From positions 38,883 through 102,882 of the IMG/VR virus record IMGVR_UViG_3300013947_000026: a stretch of 64,000 nucleotides of DNA; one strand, given 5' to 3'. Below, piece after piece: positions 47,656 to 59,817 of this stretch. Both the position numbers and the translations under genes were made by a program. Each line of letters starts with the position of its first letter. Positions within the stretch are counted from its first letter, which is position 1. The stretch is from a virus. Taxonomy: Duplodnaviria; Caudoviricetes. The notes under the pieces were generated by a model. It made no database searches, was not told the DNA's origin, and was given only the letters and a program-made list of their open reading frames with translations.

Positions 47656-48348
47656 TTCAGGCCGCACCCCAATAATGATTGATACAGACACTTTTGAGGC
47701 GAGTGTACTTGATAGAGGTCCTAGGGCAATTGACGAGATTTATGTAATTCCAGAGGACGCTACAATCGTTTGGAAAAAGACAAATGCTAAAGCCGAAGAT
47801 AGAACAGTAGATGTTAAGAAAGGCGACATTATGGTCACGTTCTACGATAAAGATTATAAAAAGGATTTTATTATCGTTAACAACGCAGACGAATGGAAGG
47901 ACGCAATTAATAATTATAACATTGCTGCACAAAAGCGAAAAGAAGAGTGGGCAGCCAAACAGAAATCACAGGAACTATGTTGTGGAGATTGCTCAAACTG
48001 TCCAGATTGTGAAGTAAAAGAGTCAATTTAAATGTTTAGATTATGAAGAAGGCTGTAAAAAGTGTGAAAAATCCATCTCTTGTAGTAGATTTTACAAATC
48101 AAGATAATGTTGATAACCCTAGACTTGCATTTATTTCTGCTAAAATAAATCAAGGCGCATCGTTAACAGAGAATGATATAAACGCAATGCTTGAACAAAT
48201 GAAGCAATACGTTATTAATAAATTATTCGATGATTGTAATAGCATTATATTGAAAAACGGTAATATACTTAAGTGTAAGGTCGTAAACCTTATTAAGAAA
48301 CAACCTTGGTATAAGAGATTATGGAATTGGATTACTCGTAAGAAATAA
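47639..48348 (+). CDS. Two hypothetical proteins (47639-48031, 48043-48348)
   Basis: ORFs of 130 and 101 aa. Confidence 0.6.
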
Positions 48349-48389
48349 ATACTACGTAGCTAAAGCTACTCCGAAGTAATCAACCTTTA

Positions 48390-48465
48390 GAGTCTATTAG
48401 TCAAACGGTAAAGACAACCCGATATAAAGGGAATAGTTAGTGGGTTCGACTCCCACATAGACTCC
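48390..48465 (+). ncRNA. tRNA-like RNA with an aberrant anticodon arm
   Basis: 8-bp acceptor GAGTCTAT/ATAGACTC, D arm, and T arm GTGGG TTCGACT CCCAC; anticodon arm does not fit a 5-bp stem with 7-nt loop. Confidence 0.55.
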
Positions 48466-48470
48466 AATAT

Positions 48471-48543
48471 CGCGGGATGATGAAATGGTATCATGCGCGG
48501 CTCATAACCCCGATTTGTTAGTTCGACTCTAACTCCCGCAACT
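48471..48543 (+). tRNA. tRNA-Met(CAU), initiator-like (C1:A72)
   Basis: CGCGGGA...CT CAT AA...GTTAG TTCGACT CTAAC TCCCGCA. Confidence 0.85.
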
Positions 48544-48547
48544 ATAT

Positions 48548-48620
48548 TGCCCTATGGTGTACCGCCTGTGCACAACTGTCTCTAAAACAGTAGGTCTCCG
48601 ATGGACACGGAGTGGGGCTA
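48548..48620 (+). tRNA. Amber suppressor tRNA(CUA), probably Gln-charged, with atypical D/T loops
   Basis: TGCCCTA-TG-GTGT ACCGCCTGT GCAC-A-ACTGT CT CTA AA ACAGT-AGGT-CTCCG ATGGACA CGGAG-TGGGGCT-A. Confidence 0.85.
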
Positions 48621-48649
48621 CTAAAGATAAAACAATATTAAAGAATACT

Positions 48650-49207
48650 ATGGAGTTAAAATTTAAGAGACTTGAGGACAATGCCGTCCTCCCTATTCGT
48701 AGCACAAAAGGTGCTGCAGGAATTGATTTGACTTGCATTAAGATTGAAACAGCACTTAATGAAGCAAATCAGCTAATGTTGGTTTACCATACAGGATTGG
48801 CAGTAGAGATTCCTGCCGGATATGTTGGTTTACTTATACCACGCTCTAGTATTTGGAAAAAATCATTATGGCTTACTGACAATGTTGGCGTTATAGACTC
48901 TGATTATAGAGGCGAGATTGTGGCTTATATGAAGGCTACTACAGATGTTGTGCCTGCAATATATAAGCAAGGTGAACGTTTTTGTCAGTTGGTTATTGTT
49001 CCGGTACCAGAGTATACAATTTCTGAAGCAGCAGAGCTTTCTGACACAGAAAGAGGAGAGAACGGTTTTGGTTCTACAGGTACTGGAAATGTAAACGAAG
49101 TTAGCGCAGCTACGGGAACTGAGGCACAGGCTAGCGAACAGCAGCAGTCCGCACCAGAGCAAGCGGCGGCACAAGATAGTGCTGAGGTAAGTGGAGAGCA
49201 GGCCTGA
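48650..49207 (+). CDS. dut: dUTPase (trimeric)
   Basis: AAGIDL, PRSS, GVIDSDYRGEI, RGENGFGSTG; start placed at MELKFKRL. Confidence 0.95.
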   Translation: MELKFKRLEDNAVLPIRSTKGAAGIDLTCIKIETALNEANQLMLVYHTGLAVEIPAGYVGLLIPRSSIWKKSLWLTDNVGVIDSDYRGEIVAYMKATTDVVPAIYKQGERFCQLVIVPVPEYTISEAAELSDTERGENGFGSTGTGNVNEVSAATGTEAQASEQQQSAPEQAAAQDSAEVSGEQA

Positions 49208-49218
49208 TCTGCTTACAT

Positions 49219-49251
49219 AAAGGGGATTACCGAAAGGTAGTTCCCTTTTTT
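49219..49251 (+). terminator. Intrinsic terminator after dut
   Basis: aaggggattacc gaaa ggtagttcccttttt. Confidence 0.75.
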
Positions 49252-49286
49252 ACTGTTTATATATAAACAAAATAGTATTAAATAAT

Positions 49287-50723
49287 ATGAATTTTAAGAA
49301 ACAACCATTAAAAGGTGTAGAGATACATGGCGCTCCACAAGTTGGTACACGTACTGTTAATATCTTAATGGGCGAACATGCTAACGAATTCGTGCGTGGT
49401 GATATTATGGATGCAAATGCCGTATTGCAAGCATTTGATGAGCTTAAGGGTAATGTTGACGATAAACACGACACGCTCGAAGAGCTTGTAGATGAAATCC
49501 ATACAAATGCTACTGTAATTAACGGAGCTATTAACTACACACATAAAGTCGAAGCTGAATCAAAAGCTAGAGACGAATAGGAAGCTAAAGATAGAACTGA
49601 CGCAGACAATGCTCTTGGTCAAAGAATAGACGACGAAGCTACCGCTCGTAAGGCTGCAGATGCAGCAGAGCTATCTAGAGCAACACAGGAAGAAGCTAAG
49701 TTAGACGCAGCTATTAAGGCTGAGGCTAATACTAGAAAGCTTAATGACGATACTATTACTAGTGCGTTAAACGCAGAGATTACTCGTGCTAAGGCTGCAG
49801 AAAAAGATAATAGTAATGCCATTACTGCAGAAGCTTCTACAAGAAAGTCTGAAGATGATGCCATTAAAAACCTCCTGCAAAATGAGACAACTAGAGCTAC
49901 TAATGCAGAGAATACTCTTCAAAGTAATATTGACACAGAGGCTGCTACTAGAAAGAAGAATGATGACACTCTTACAACTAATCTTAATAATGAGATTACA
50001 AGAGCCAAGGCGGCAGAAAAGGCAAATAAAGATAGAATTGATGTTATTGATGGAGATTCTAGTACTGAAGGTTCTTACAGAAAAGCTATAAAAGATCTTA
50101 TCAATGGTGCACCAGAGGCGTACGATACGTTGAAAGAGATTGCTGACAAACTTGCAGAGAATGATGACCTTCATCAAGCTATTGAAGAGGCTATCGCAAC
50201 AAAGGCTTCAAAAACAGAATTAAAGACTGAATCTGATAGAGCTAAGCAAGCTGAGGCTGATAACGAAGCTGCTATTACAGCAGAAAAGAATAGAGCCACA
50301 TAGGCTGAAAGTGATATTACGTCTAACCTTAATAAGGAGATTGATAGAGCCAAGAAAGCAGAATAGGCTAATACTACAGCTATTACAAATGAAGTAACTA
50401 GAGCTACAGCTAAAGAAACAGAACTGTCTAATGCTATTACATCTGAAGCTGCTACTGCTAGAGCTGCCGAGAAAGCTAATTCTGATAAGATTGCACAAGA
50501 GACTACTGATAGAAAAAATGCCGATACAACTTTAAATAATGCTATCAACAAGGAAATATCAGATAGAACTACGGCGATTTCAAATGCTACAACAACATTG
50601 AACAATAGCATTAGCACTGTTAGTAACAATCTTGCAAATCTCACAACAACTGTAAACAACATTAGTAGTACAGTATCTAATATTACGGCAATCAGTACTG
50701 ATTATATTAACGGTTTAAGCTAA
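49287..50723 (+). CDS. Coiled-coil repeat, tail-fibre-like protein (478 aa, TAG=Gln)
   Basis: Repeated EITRAKAAE / EASTRK units; frame closes at TAA 50721-50723. Confidence 0.75.
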
Positions 50724-50729
50724 TAAGGT

Positions 50730-53534
50730 ATGGAAGAAAATATTAAAGTACAAGCAGAAGATACATAGAAGGTTGAGTATCTTGATAAGAACGGCCTTGA
50801 TTTGTTGTGGACTAAGGTTAAGAAAAATGCACAAGATCAAGTTGAAGTAGAATATAATCGTGCTAAAGGTAAGGAAGATGAAATAACTGCTAGTATAAAA
50901 GAAGAGGTCAATAACCGTGCAGAAGCTATTAATAATCTCAAATACATCCCATATACACAGAAGGTTAATTAGACGTATACAATTAAAGATGGATATTTAG
51001 AATTCGATGGTGGCTACGGAATCGGTGTAACTAATAGTTCGTTAACTAATACTAATTCATATATTGATAGTTAGTATATTAAAATCTCTAGTAATAATAC
51101 AAAGATTAACATTAACGCTTATGATAAAAAAATAGCAATAAGCAATGGAGCTAACATTGTGTCAATATCACCTACAGGGATTTCTAAATCACTCGGTAGT
51201 CATACAGAGGCGTTCTCGACTAATGGAGGAGTAATAGATACTGCCACATTTGCATTAAAGAGTGAGTTAACTGATTATGCTAAGAAAACAGAGCTGCCTG
51301 AAGCTGTAAAAGTAGACGATGTCAGAGTTAATGAAGAATCTGTTGTAGTTAATAAAATCGCCAACATTGATTTGACAAAGTATGCTACACAACAATATGT
51401 TACAGATGCTATAAATGCAGATCACAACACAACTAATATTAATCTGTATAGGAACTTTACGAATTTTGATCTTGATTAGGATGGTAATGGTTTGACTAAT
51501 CTGTATGTAACAACAGATAACACAGGTTTATCTGTTGCAGCTATTGGTTCAAAAAATTCAACCCAAACTTCTTTAGGCTAGATACAAATAGGAGCTGATA
51601 AGTCAAATCTTGATCTTGGATGTTATATAAAGTTTTCTAAAGGAACAGATATCGGTTTAACATTAACTAAAAGAGGAATTATTAATCCCAGTTATTATGG
51701 AGATGAAGAAGGATTTTATCACGTTTATACAGCTAATGGTGGCGAAATCAACCTGAAAGAACATTTTGTTGAAAACAATATTGAATCACGAGAAACCAAC
51801 GCAACATATTATTCGCTTTAGTGCCATAAAGATGATAATGATAATTGGAAAGAATTTGATCTCAAAATTAAAAATACTGGTATTTATATTGGCGATGGAA
51901 CAACAACAACGAAAATTAATCCAAATGAAATAACTACAATTAATGCAATTAATGCAGGAGATGTCTCCATTAATGGGAACGGCGACTATATAAGTATTGT
52001 CAAATCGGGAAAAAATATAGGTAGCCCAGAACATGCGTTTACAACAGATGGTGGAACCGTAGACCTTTCAGAGTACGCCAAGAAGAGCGAAATCACTGCA
52101 AGTGGTAATGTTGATGATGTGCAAATTAATGGCACAAGTGTCGTAGAAGACAAGGTAGCTAAGATTAAACTTGCTACTAAAGATGACTTCGGAGTTGTAA
52201 AAGTTGGAAATGGTCTTGATGTTAAAGATGGTGTTGTTGGCGTTGATACAGATGCTTTTGCCGATTTATTGTCATATGGTATTGAATGGGATACAACTGT
52301 AGCCAACCCAGCTTGTACGAGAATTGGTAATCCGTTACTTCATAAATCATTACCAATTTAGTCTAAATACAAAGGCTGTCTTGTTAAGAATGGTAAAGTG
52401 AACTATTATCTTAATCCTAATGATTGGTCAAAAAAAGCTGATGGAACAGCATCTGTGCTTGATGGTACCGATGGAGATGTAATGGTTCGCATTCCTAGAT
52501 TCTACGGCAAATCTGGTTCTAATGGAGATAAGAGATGGGTTAGAATATCTTTGTCACAAATTGACTCAACATGGGTTGAAATACCAGAGATGTTTGTGAG
52601 CGCATATAGAATTACAACATATAGTGATTCTGGTACTACAAAGGTAGCATCTGTTGTAAATACGTCTACAGGATATCGTGGTGGATCAAATAGAAGCGCT
52701 AATGATCAATATTTGGATACAGATAAATTTAGAACAGACCTTGGAAAACCTAGAACTTTATTATCTAGAGCAGCAATGCGTACTAATGCTAAAAACTCTG
52801 GTCAAGAATTATTGTGCTATGAATTCTATAAGTGGATATTCTATTGGGCTTATGTAATAGAGTATGCTAATTTTAACTCACAACTAGAATTTAATTCTAA
52901 TCTTACTTCAGATGGCTATCATCAAGGAGGATTAGGACCTGGTTTGACTTCATGGGATTACAGTATGTGGAATAAGTATAATGAACATAACCCATTAACC
53001 CCTTGTGGGTATACTAATGAATTAGGAAACTTTAGTGGTGTAAAATCATTAGTTATTCCAGAAACTAAGATAGATGATACTACAACGATTAGTACGAAAA
53101 CTCTTAGCGTAAATAGGTGGAGAGGATTTGAAAACCCATTTGGAGATATATGGACCAATCTTGATGGTGTAACTATAATGCATAATGCAGCTGATGCTTT
53201 ACTAGAAGTATACACCACAGCTGATAGTTCAAAATTTAGTGACGATATTGACATGGGTGGGGATGTTCATTTTGAAATTCCTAAAGATGGATATATTAAA
53301 GAATTCAATTTAGGTGAAACTGGAGAAATTATACCTTCAGATGTTGGGGCATCAGAATCTACATATAAATGTGATTATCATTATTGCGATGCTTCCTATT
53401 TAGGAAATAGAACACTCTTGGTGGGTGGTAGCGCTAATAATGGTGGTCAGGCCGGCCTTGGCTCTTTCCACTCTTATAGTGGTGTTGGTGGTGCCTATTC
53501 CAATGTTGGCTTTAGATCCGTGATAAGGGCATAA
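50730..53534 (+). CDS. DGR target protein: tail fibre / receptor-binding protein with C-terminal CLec-like variable domain (934 aa, TAG=Gln)
   Basis: One frame broken only by TAG; GFENPFGDIW...LLVGGSA...SNVGFR C-terminus carries the VR. Confidence 0.88.
53411..53512 (+). repeat. DGR variable repeat (VR)
   Basis: About 100-nt copy of TR with 20 mismatches by manual alignment, all at TR adenines. Confidence 0.95.
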
Positions 53535-53572
53535 TTTTGAATTTGGTTTTTATTCTTTATATTGGAAATTAC

Positions 53573-53674
53573 AAAACTCTTAGTAGGTAGTAACGCTAAT
53601 AATGGTAGTAAAGCCAGCCTTAGCTATTTCAACTCTAATAATGGTGTTAGTAATGCCAATTCCAATGTTAGCTA
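53573..53674 (+). repeat. DGR template repeat (TR)
   Basis: AAT/AAC/AGT-rich non-coding copy of VR between the target gene and RT. Confidence 0.95.
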
Positions 53675-53789
53675 TTTATTTTAATTTTTGTTAAGAATAA
53701 CAACCTTACCTCTTGGTAAAAAATAACGTTTATTAACCACACCGTGTTGGTAGGATCAATCCGAAGACTCGGTATTAATATAAAAAGAT

Positions 53790-55028
53790 TTGAAAAGAAT
53801 AGGGAATCTTAAAGAAAAGATTTGCACATTAAATAATATTTATATAGCAGATGAAAATGCTAGATTAAATAAAACAAAGAAATATGGTGTATAGAAACAT
53901 GATAAAAATAGGGATGAAGAAAACGAAAAGTTATTACAAGATTTTATAAATCTAACTTACAGAACATCTTAGTATAGCACATTTAAAATATACGAACCAA
54001 AAGAACGTATAATTTATCGTCTACCATATTACCCTGATAGAATTGCGCATCATGCAATAATGAATGTCATGGAAGGTATTTGGAGAAAAATATTTATTAA
54101 AAATACATACTCTTCAATACGAGGTAGAGGCATACATAAATGTGCCAAAGATTTATATAATGATTTGCAGAGCAATATTGAAGAAACACAATATTGCTTA
54201 AAGCTTGACGTTCGTAAATTCTATCCATCTATAGATCATGATATTTTATATAAAATAATACAAAAGAAAATAAAAGACAAGTGGTTATTAAAGTTATTAA
54301 AAGAAATAATATATTCAGCAGACGGTGTTCCAATAGGTAATTATTTGTCGCAATTTTTTGCGAATTTATATTTAACATATTTTGATCATTGGATTAAAGA
54401 AAATGTTAGATGTAAATATTACTACAGATACGCTGATGATATAGTGATTCTTGATAGTAATAAAGATCATCTTAGAAATATATTGATAGCTATAAAATTT
54501 TATTTCCACAATATTCTAAAATTAGAAATAAAATCAAACTATCAAGTATTCCCAGTAGAAGATCGTGGTATCGATTTTGTTGGATATATATTTAGACATA
54601 GATACAGATTACTTAGGAAATCCATAAAAATAAAAATATCTAAACTTATTCGTCGATATATGAATAAGCGAATTTCTAAGTGTGCATTCGAGTCGAGAAT
54701 GACATCATATAGAGGGTGGCTAAAATTTTGCGACTCTAAACATTTTTCGTACATAGTAGAACATTTATCAAAATATAGACTATCTACATGGAATGGTGAT
54801 TTAACATAGATAACAAATCTAAATAATAAAATGCTCTACGTAATTGAGATCTTAGTTAGGCAAAAATATTTTGAGATACATGCTTTAAGAAATAACAAGT
54901 AGTTGATTATTAGGTCTAAAAACAAGAGGTTGTATAAAACATTAAACAAATTAAGTTTACCATATATTTTTAAATATGAACACAATAAGTTCCAATATAA
55001 AACCAAGCGCCATAAAACAACTCGGTGA
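53790..55028 (+). CDS. DGR reverse transcriptase (TTG start, 4 TAG=Gln, about 412 aa)
   Basis: MKRIGNL, EPKERIIY...PDRIAHHA, LKLDVRKFYPSI, GVPIGNYLSQ, RYADD, GIDFVGY. Confidence 0.93.
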
Positions 55029-55329
55029 TAACACATATTATTACAATTATAATATTACGAGCGAACAGAGAACAAATGAAAATGGCGAACAAGAAACAAT
55101 CTATAATTTTATCTAGGTGCATCTTACAGGTATTCCAGACTATAAAGATTGTATTAGAAATATTATTAGAGAATATGTTTCACAAACAGAAGAATTTGAC
55201 CTTATCAACAGCTATAATAAAGTATAGATTACTGGTGAGAAAAATTCTGAAGATATAAAAAAGTATACAGATTATATTAATCTGCTTGAAGAAATTAAAA
55301 CGAATGTTAAGAAAGATTTTAACATTTAA
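54976..55329 (+). CDS. Small hypothetical protein (117 aa, TAG=Gln)
   Basis: ATG 54976, 2 TAG, TAA 55327-55329; overlaps the RT 3' end. Confidence 0.65.
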
Positions 55330-55332
55330 TCT

Positions 55333-56187
55333 ATGATAACGGTAATTATAACAGCTTATAATGTAAGCAAAACTATATACAAAGCAATATAGAGTTGCAT
55401 AAATCAGACTTATAAGGATTTAGAGATATTAATTATTAACGACTGTTCTACAGATAATACATTATAGATTGTATAGTCTGTAAAAGATCCTAGAATAAGA
55501 GTTGTAAATAATTCTGAAAATTTAGGTGCAGGTATGTCTAGGAGAATAGGTACTAAAGAAGCGAAAGGTGAATACACTGTATTCCTAGATGGAGATGATT
55601 ATTTAGATAAAGACTACATATAGACATTATACGATTTGGCTATAAAAAATAATGCCGATGTAGTATCTAGTGGTGTTAGAATAATAACCGACGATTCTAA
55701 AAATGAAATAAAATCTAAACAATTTGGAGAATATAATAGCTTAGACTTTATATTAAAAAACGAAGCTGTTACAAGTTTTGTAAGCAATTGGCTTAATAAT
55801 AAAATTATACGTAGAACTATATGGAATAAAGTCGATTATAGTGATAGAAGATATGTAGAAGATACACAAACAGCATATTATGTTTTATTTTATTCAGGTA
55901 AAGTTATAGATACTCCTTATGTTGGATATAACTATGTATAGAATCATGATAGCTTAATACATACAGCAGATGAAGTAAAAAATAAAATATATCAAGCTTT
56001 ATGTGCAAAAGATATATCCACATTTGTTGAATAGCATAAAAAAGAAGATTATAAACTTTCTGCAAAAGCTTTCTTGTTTAGAATACATGAAATGAAATCA
56101 ATATAGCTTACAAATGAAGTGATATGTAAATATAAAGATGAGTTAGCTGAATTGTTCGCGTTTTTGCTTCATATTATGTAGTCTTAA
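55333..56187 (+). CDS. Glycosyltransferase family 2 (TAG=Gln)
   Basis: ITVIITAYN, INQTYKDLEILIINDCSTD, GEYTVFLDGDD, RYVED. Confidence 0.9.
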
Positions 56188-56221
56188 TTTTTGTTTTTGT
56201 TATAATTATTGAATTTTATTT

Positions 56222-56272
56222 AGCTAGGTCTTAATGAAAGCATGACGGGGTTCGTTGCCCCGCCTAGCTCAA
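56222..56272 (+). ncRNA. tRNA-like minihelix (acceptor stem plus T arm)
   Basis: AGCTAGG...CGGGG TTCGTTG CCCCG CCTAGCT. Confidence 0.45.
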
Positions 56273-56522
56273 CAGGCTCTACCACGCCTCTTTCTAAATG
56301 CGTACCAGGATAGAGCTTTTATCCCTCCTAGATGAAATATACTAGGACTCGCGTAGTAATACGCTAATATTAAACTTGACTAGGATTAATCCGATCTTAG
56401 TCTTATATTATTTTACTTAAACTTGTAGTAAAAAGCTTATTTAATCTTTAGCTGTGGCGCTTTAGGCGTGGTCTTCAATGACGCCACAGTGCTATAATTA
56501 ATAATAATTTAAACAAATTAAC

Positions 56523-59303
56523 ATGACTGAATTACTATCATAGAATGATTAGGTTGTCGAGAAGAAGCCAAATCCAATCGAAGAACTTAATACAACAATG
56601 GCTTAGTATTATTCCGTATTGCATTCAAAGATTTATAATCATGCAAACAACACAGATGTACATGTTACATCAGATGATAAGAAGAACTGGAATAGTAAAG
56701 CCAATTAGTCTGATTTAGAATCTGTTAAAGAATATGCTGATAGTTTAAAGTAGTCTTTAGATAAAGTTAAGCCAGATATAATTAAGGAAGTCGAGACTAT
56801 GATAGATAATAGTAAAGACATTAATTTATCTGACTATGCTACAAAGGTTTATGTAGATGCATAGATATAGGCGCTTAATATAAGTGATGATGCTGCTACA
56901 AAAACATGGGTAACAAATAACTTTGTAAATTCTTCAAACTATCAAAGATTTGATTCTACAAAGTATTACACGAAAGACGAGATTGATAACAAAATTGCTG
57001 GAGCAAATGTAGATAATTACAAGATAACAGAATTTAGCTTAGCTAACGATTATCTTAATCTTACTCAAAATAACGGTATATCGACATAGGTAAAACTATC
57101 GGATGTATCTGGGGGAGCTATAACTAGCGATAACCTTGATAGAAAGCTATAGGATTATTTAAAAACATCAGCAGTTGGTAGTATAACATTCACAAGAGGT
57201 GGTAGAACTGTTACAACGTGGAATCCAGCTTCAGAAAATGCCACAGTAGAACTTTCTGGTGGAAGCGGAGCAGACTCACAAAGCGGTGGATATTATAAGC
57301 CTTATTTTAAAAACTATCCAGACGACAATAATTTACCTACATCTCAATTACCAGTAATTGGGCAAGATCCTGTAAATGCTGGATGGAATGCTGTAAATGT
57401 TAACCCAGAACAAGGATATTTTACTTGGGAGATTTGGGTATACATCAAGACAGGTGGTGGCTTTGGAGACATTATAGGTCCAGTTTGTATTTCCGGAAAA
57501 GATGGCGATAACGGATCTGATGTTACAGGAAAAGAATACATTTATCAATTAAATGACAACCAGCCTACAAAACCAACTACAAAACCAGCATGGGGTGATG
57601 TTCCATCAGGATGGACAGATAACCCTACAGGTATAGATTCTACACATCGTACAGAATGGATGATGTATAGAACACAAGACAATAATGGAGTTATAAGTGA
57701 TTGGCTTCCTGCGAAAGGCCCTGTAATTTGGGCGCATTGGGGAAAAGATGGTACTGATGGCGATGGCGTACAATATATATTCTGTGCATTAAAACCTGGA
57801 GAAACCACATCTGTATTTACTGGAACGAATGACCCTACGACATGGACTAATGATTCTGGTTTTCAAAACGGGAAAGCTGGAGAGTACATTAAATCTGGAT
57901 CAAGATGGACTGATAATCCAATAGATATAAAAACAGCTTCTGGATACGGATAGGGGTCAAGTCAATATGTAAGTATAAGGAGATATAGGGGATCTTCTGG
58001 AAGCGCTGAAGATAACGATGGGAAGTGGAGCTCTTATAGCCAACCTAGCTTGTGGACATATATGGCGAAAGATGGAAACAGTTCATCTCAAACACTAAAA
58101 GGTTCTCCATTAAGAAATAGAGGATCTTGGGCTTCAAATGTTTAGTATTTTGATGGCACAACGCAATCAGATGGTGGATTGTTCTATCAGGATTTTGTAT
58201 CTTATACACATACAGTTGTAGCAGATGGATAGTCTAAAAATGTAACAGATTTTTTTGTATGTAAAAAACAATGTTCTAACGTAGTTCCTACAAATACAGA
58301 TTACTGGGATAAGCTTAGCGATATGGGCCCTATATATACAGAAGTATTAGTGGCAATGAAGGCGTACATACAAGAACTTACAGCAGAAGAAGTTATCATT
58401 ACAGACAATGAAAATATTGTAGCTGGTATGACTTCTGGTAAATCAGATAAGGTATCATCGCAAGGCAACGTTAGAATATGGGCTGGAACAAATGATAAAG
58501 ATGCTAGCAATATAGCTGAGGCTCCATTTACTGTTACAGATAAAGGTGTTTTAACATGTAGAGGAGACGATGGTAATATTGTATTAAAAGACGGTACAAT
58601 ATACTTTATTGTTGGTGGTGTAGAGTATAAGCTTGGCATAACTAATGGAAAACCAGATTGGATAAATAGTGCTGGCGCTGATAATGTTGAGCAATGGTAT
58701 AGTAAAACAGAAACTAGTACAAATATATCATTTAAAGCAGTTGACTCATTTAGCGTTAAAGATAATATATATTATACTAATGGCACAATGGCAAATAAGG
58801 TAACAGGCACATATTATAGAAAAATATCTAGAAGTACATGTTTACAATACATTGGTTCGCAGATATTCCTAGCATATAATGACGCAATTGGTGTAGAGGT
58901 TTACAAAAAAGCTACATTTAATAATGGTGTTAAAACTGACAATGGAATAGTATCTATAAGCGGTAAATGTTCTGTTAGTTCAATACCTACAGTAACTAAT
59001 CCAGGAAAGATTAATGTAAATACTAGCAATAAACAATGGTGTTCGATATAGTAGGTAGATAAGTCTAGCGTTACAAATTTGTTCTATATAAGTTCTTCTA
59101 TTAGTGCTGCTTAGGCACAATATTACAATGTTGATAATAATAATATAACGTACGATGATAGCACGAGTGATGGTATATATATACTAAAACCAGCATCTTC
59201 CGAATCTGTAAACTAGACGATGAAAATATCAACATGGATAGATAAAATAGATGTAAGTGACACTTCTAAATTCTGTCCAGAAATAACAACAATATCGTTA
59301 TAA
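56523..59303 (+). CDS. Tail-fibre-like structural protein (926 aa, TAG=Gln)
   Basis: One frame; GKDGxxG and WTDNP repeats; NVRIWAG...APFTVTDKG. Confidence 0.75.
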
Positions 59304-59812
59304 TGTTTGACATAGTATAGAATAAAATACAATTAAGTACAGAAGATCTAGCCATTCCTCCATTTAAGAATTATTATAATAATGCCAAAAATAAACAAGA
59401 TGCTCTTAAGAAGATAGAATTTGTTGTATGGCGTTATAAATGGAATAGTCCCTATGAAGCTTATCCAGAAAAAGAGAGAACATGGAGAGTGGCTAAAGAT
59501 GTGCTTAATGATGAGAATTATATACCTGATGACACTGTAAAAGAATTAGCAAAGAGGTTTCAGGAGTTTCAAGAGACTCCTGCTACCAGATTGCTTAAAT
59601 CTTCTAAGAGCGCAGCAGAGGGAATAATGAATACAATGGATATGTACGCTGAAGAAGAACTTGATATAGATACTGCTAAGAAGCTTTCCGCAATACTAAA
59701 AGATGTTAGCGGTATTATTAAGTCTTTGGATCTTGCTTCAAAACAGGCGAAGGCAGAACAAGCTGAAGCTGGTAGAGTTAAAGGTGGCGGCGTTATTGGT
59801 ATGTACGAATAA
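59303..59812 (+). CDS. Hypothetical protein upstream of TerL (possible small terminase)
   Basis: ATG overlaps the previous TAA; one TAG; function from position only. Confidence 0.55.
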
Positions 59813-59817
59813 CTATT

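Noticed and set aside
48554-48649. N-terminal extension of dUTPase in the ORF track
   Set aside because: It overlaps the suppressor tRNA; the dUTPase fold begins at ATG 48650.
48620-48650. HDV-like (theta) ribozyme after the suppressor tRNA
   Set aside because: Only about 30 nt of AT-rich sequence precede dut, with no nested double-pseudoknot pattern visible.
53790-55028. RT as a group II intron maturase, retron or Abi RT
   Set aside because: The adjacent TR/VR pair with adenine-only mismatches and the SQ motif identify a DGR.
56523-59303. Second DGR target in the other fibre gene
   Set aside because: No TR-like sequence seen at its 3' end by eye.
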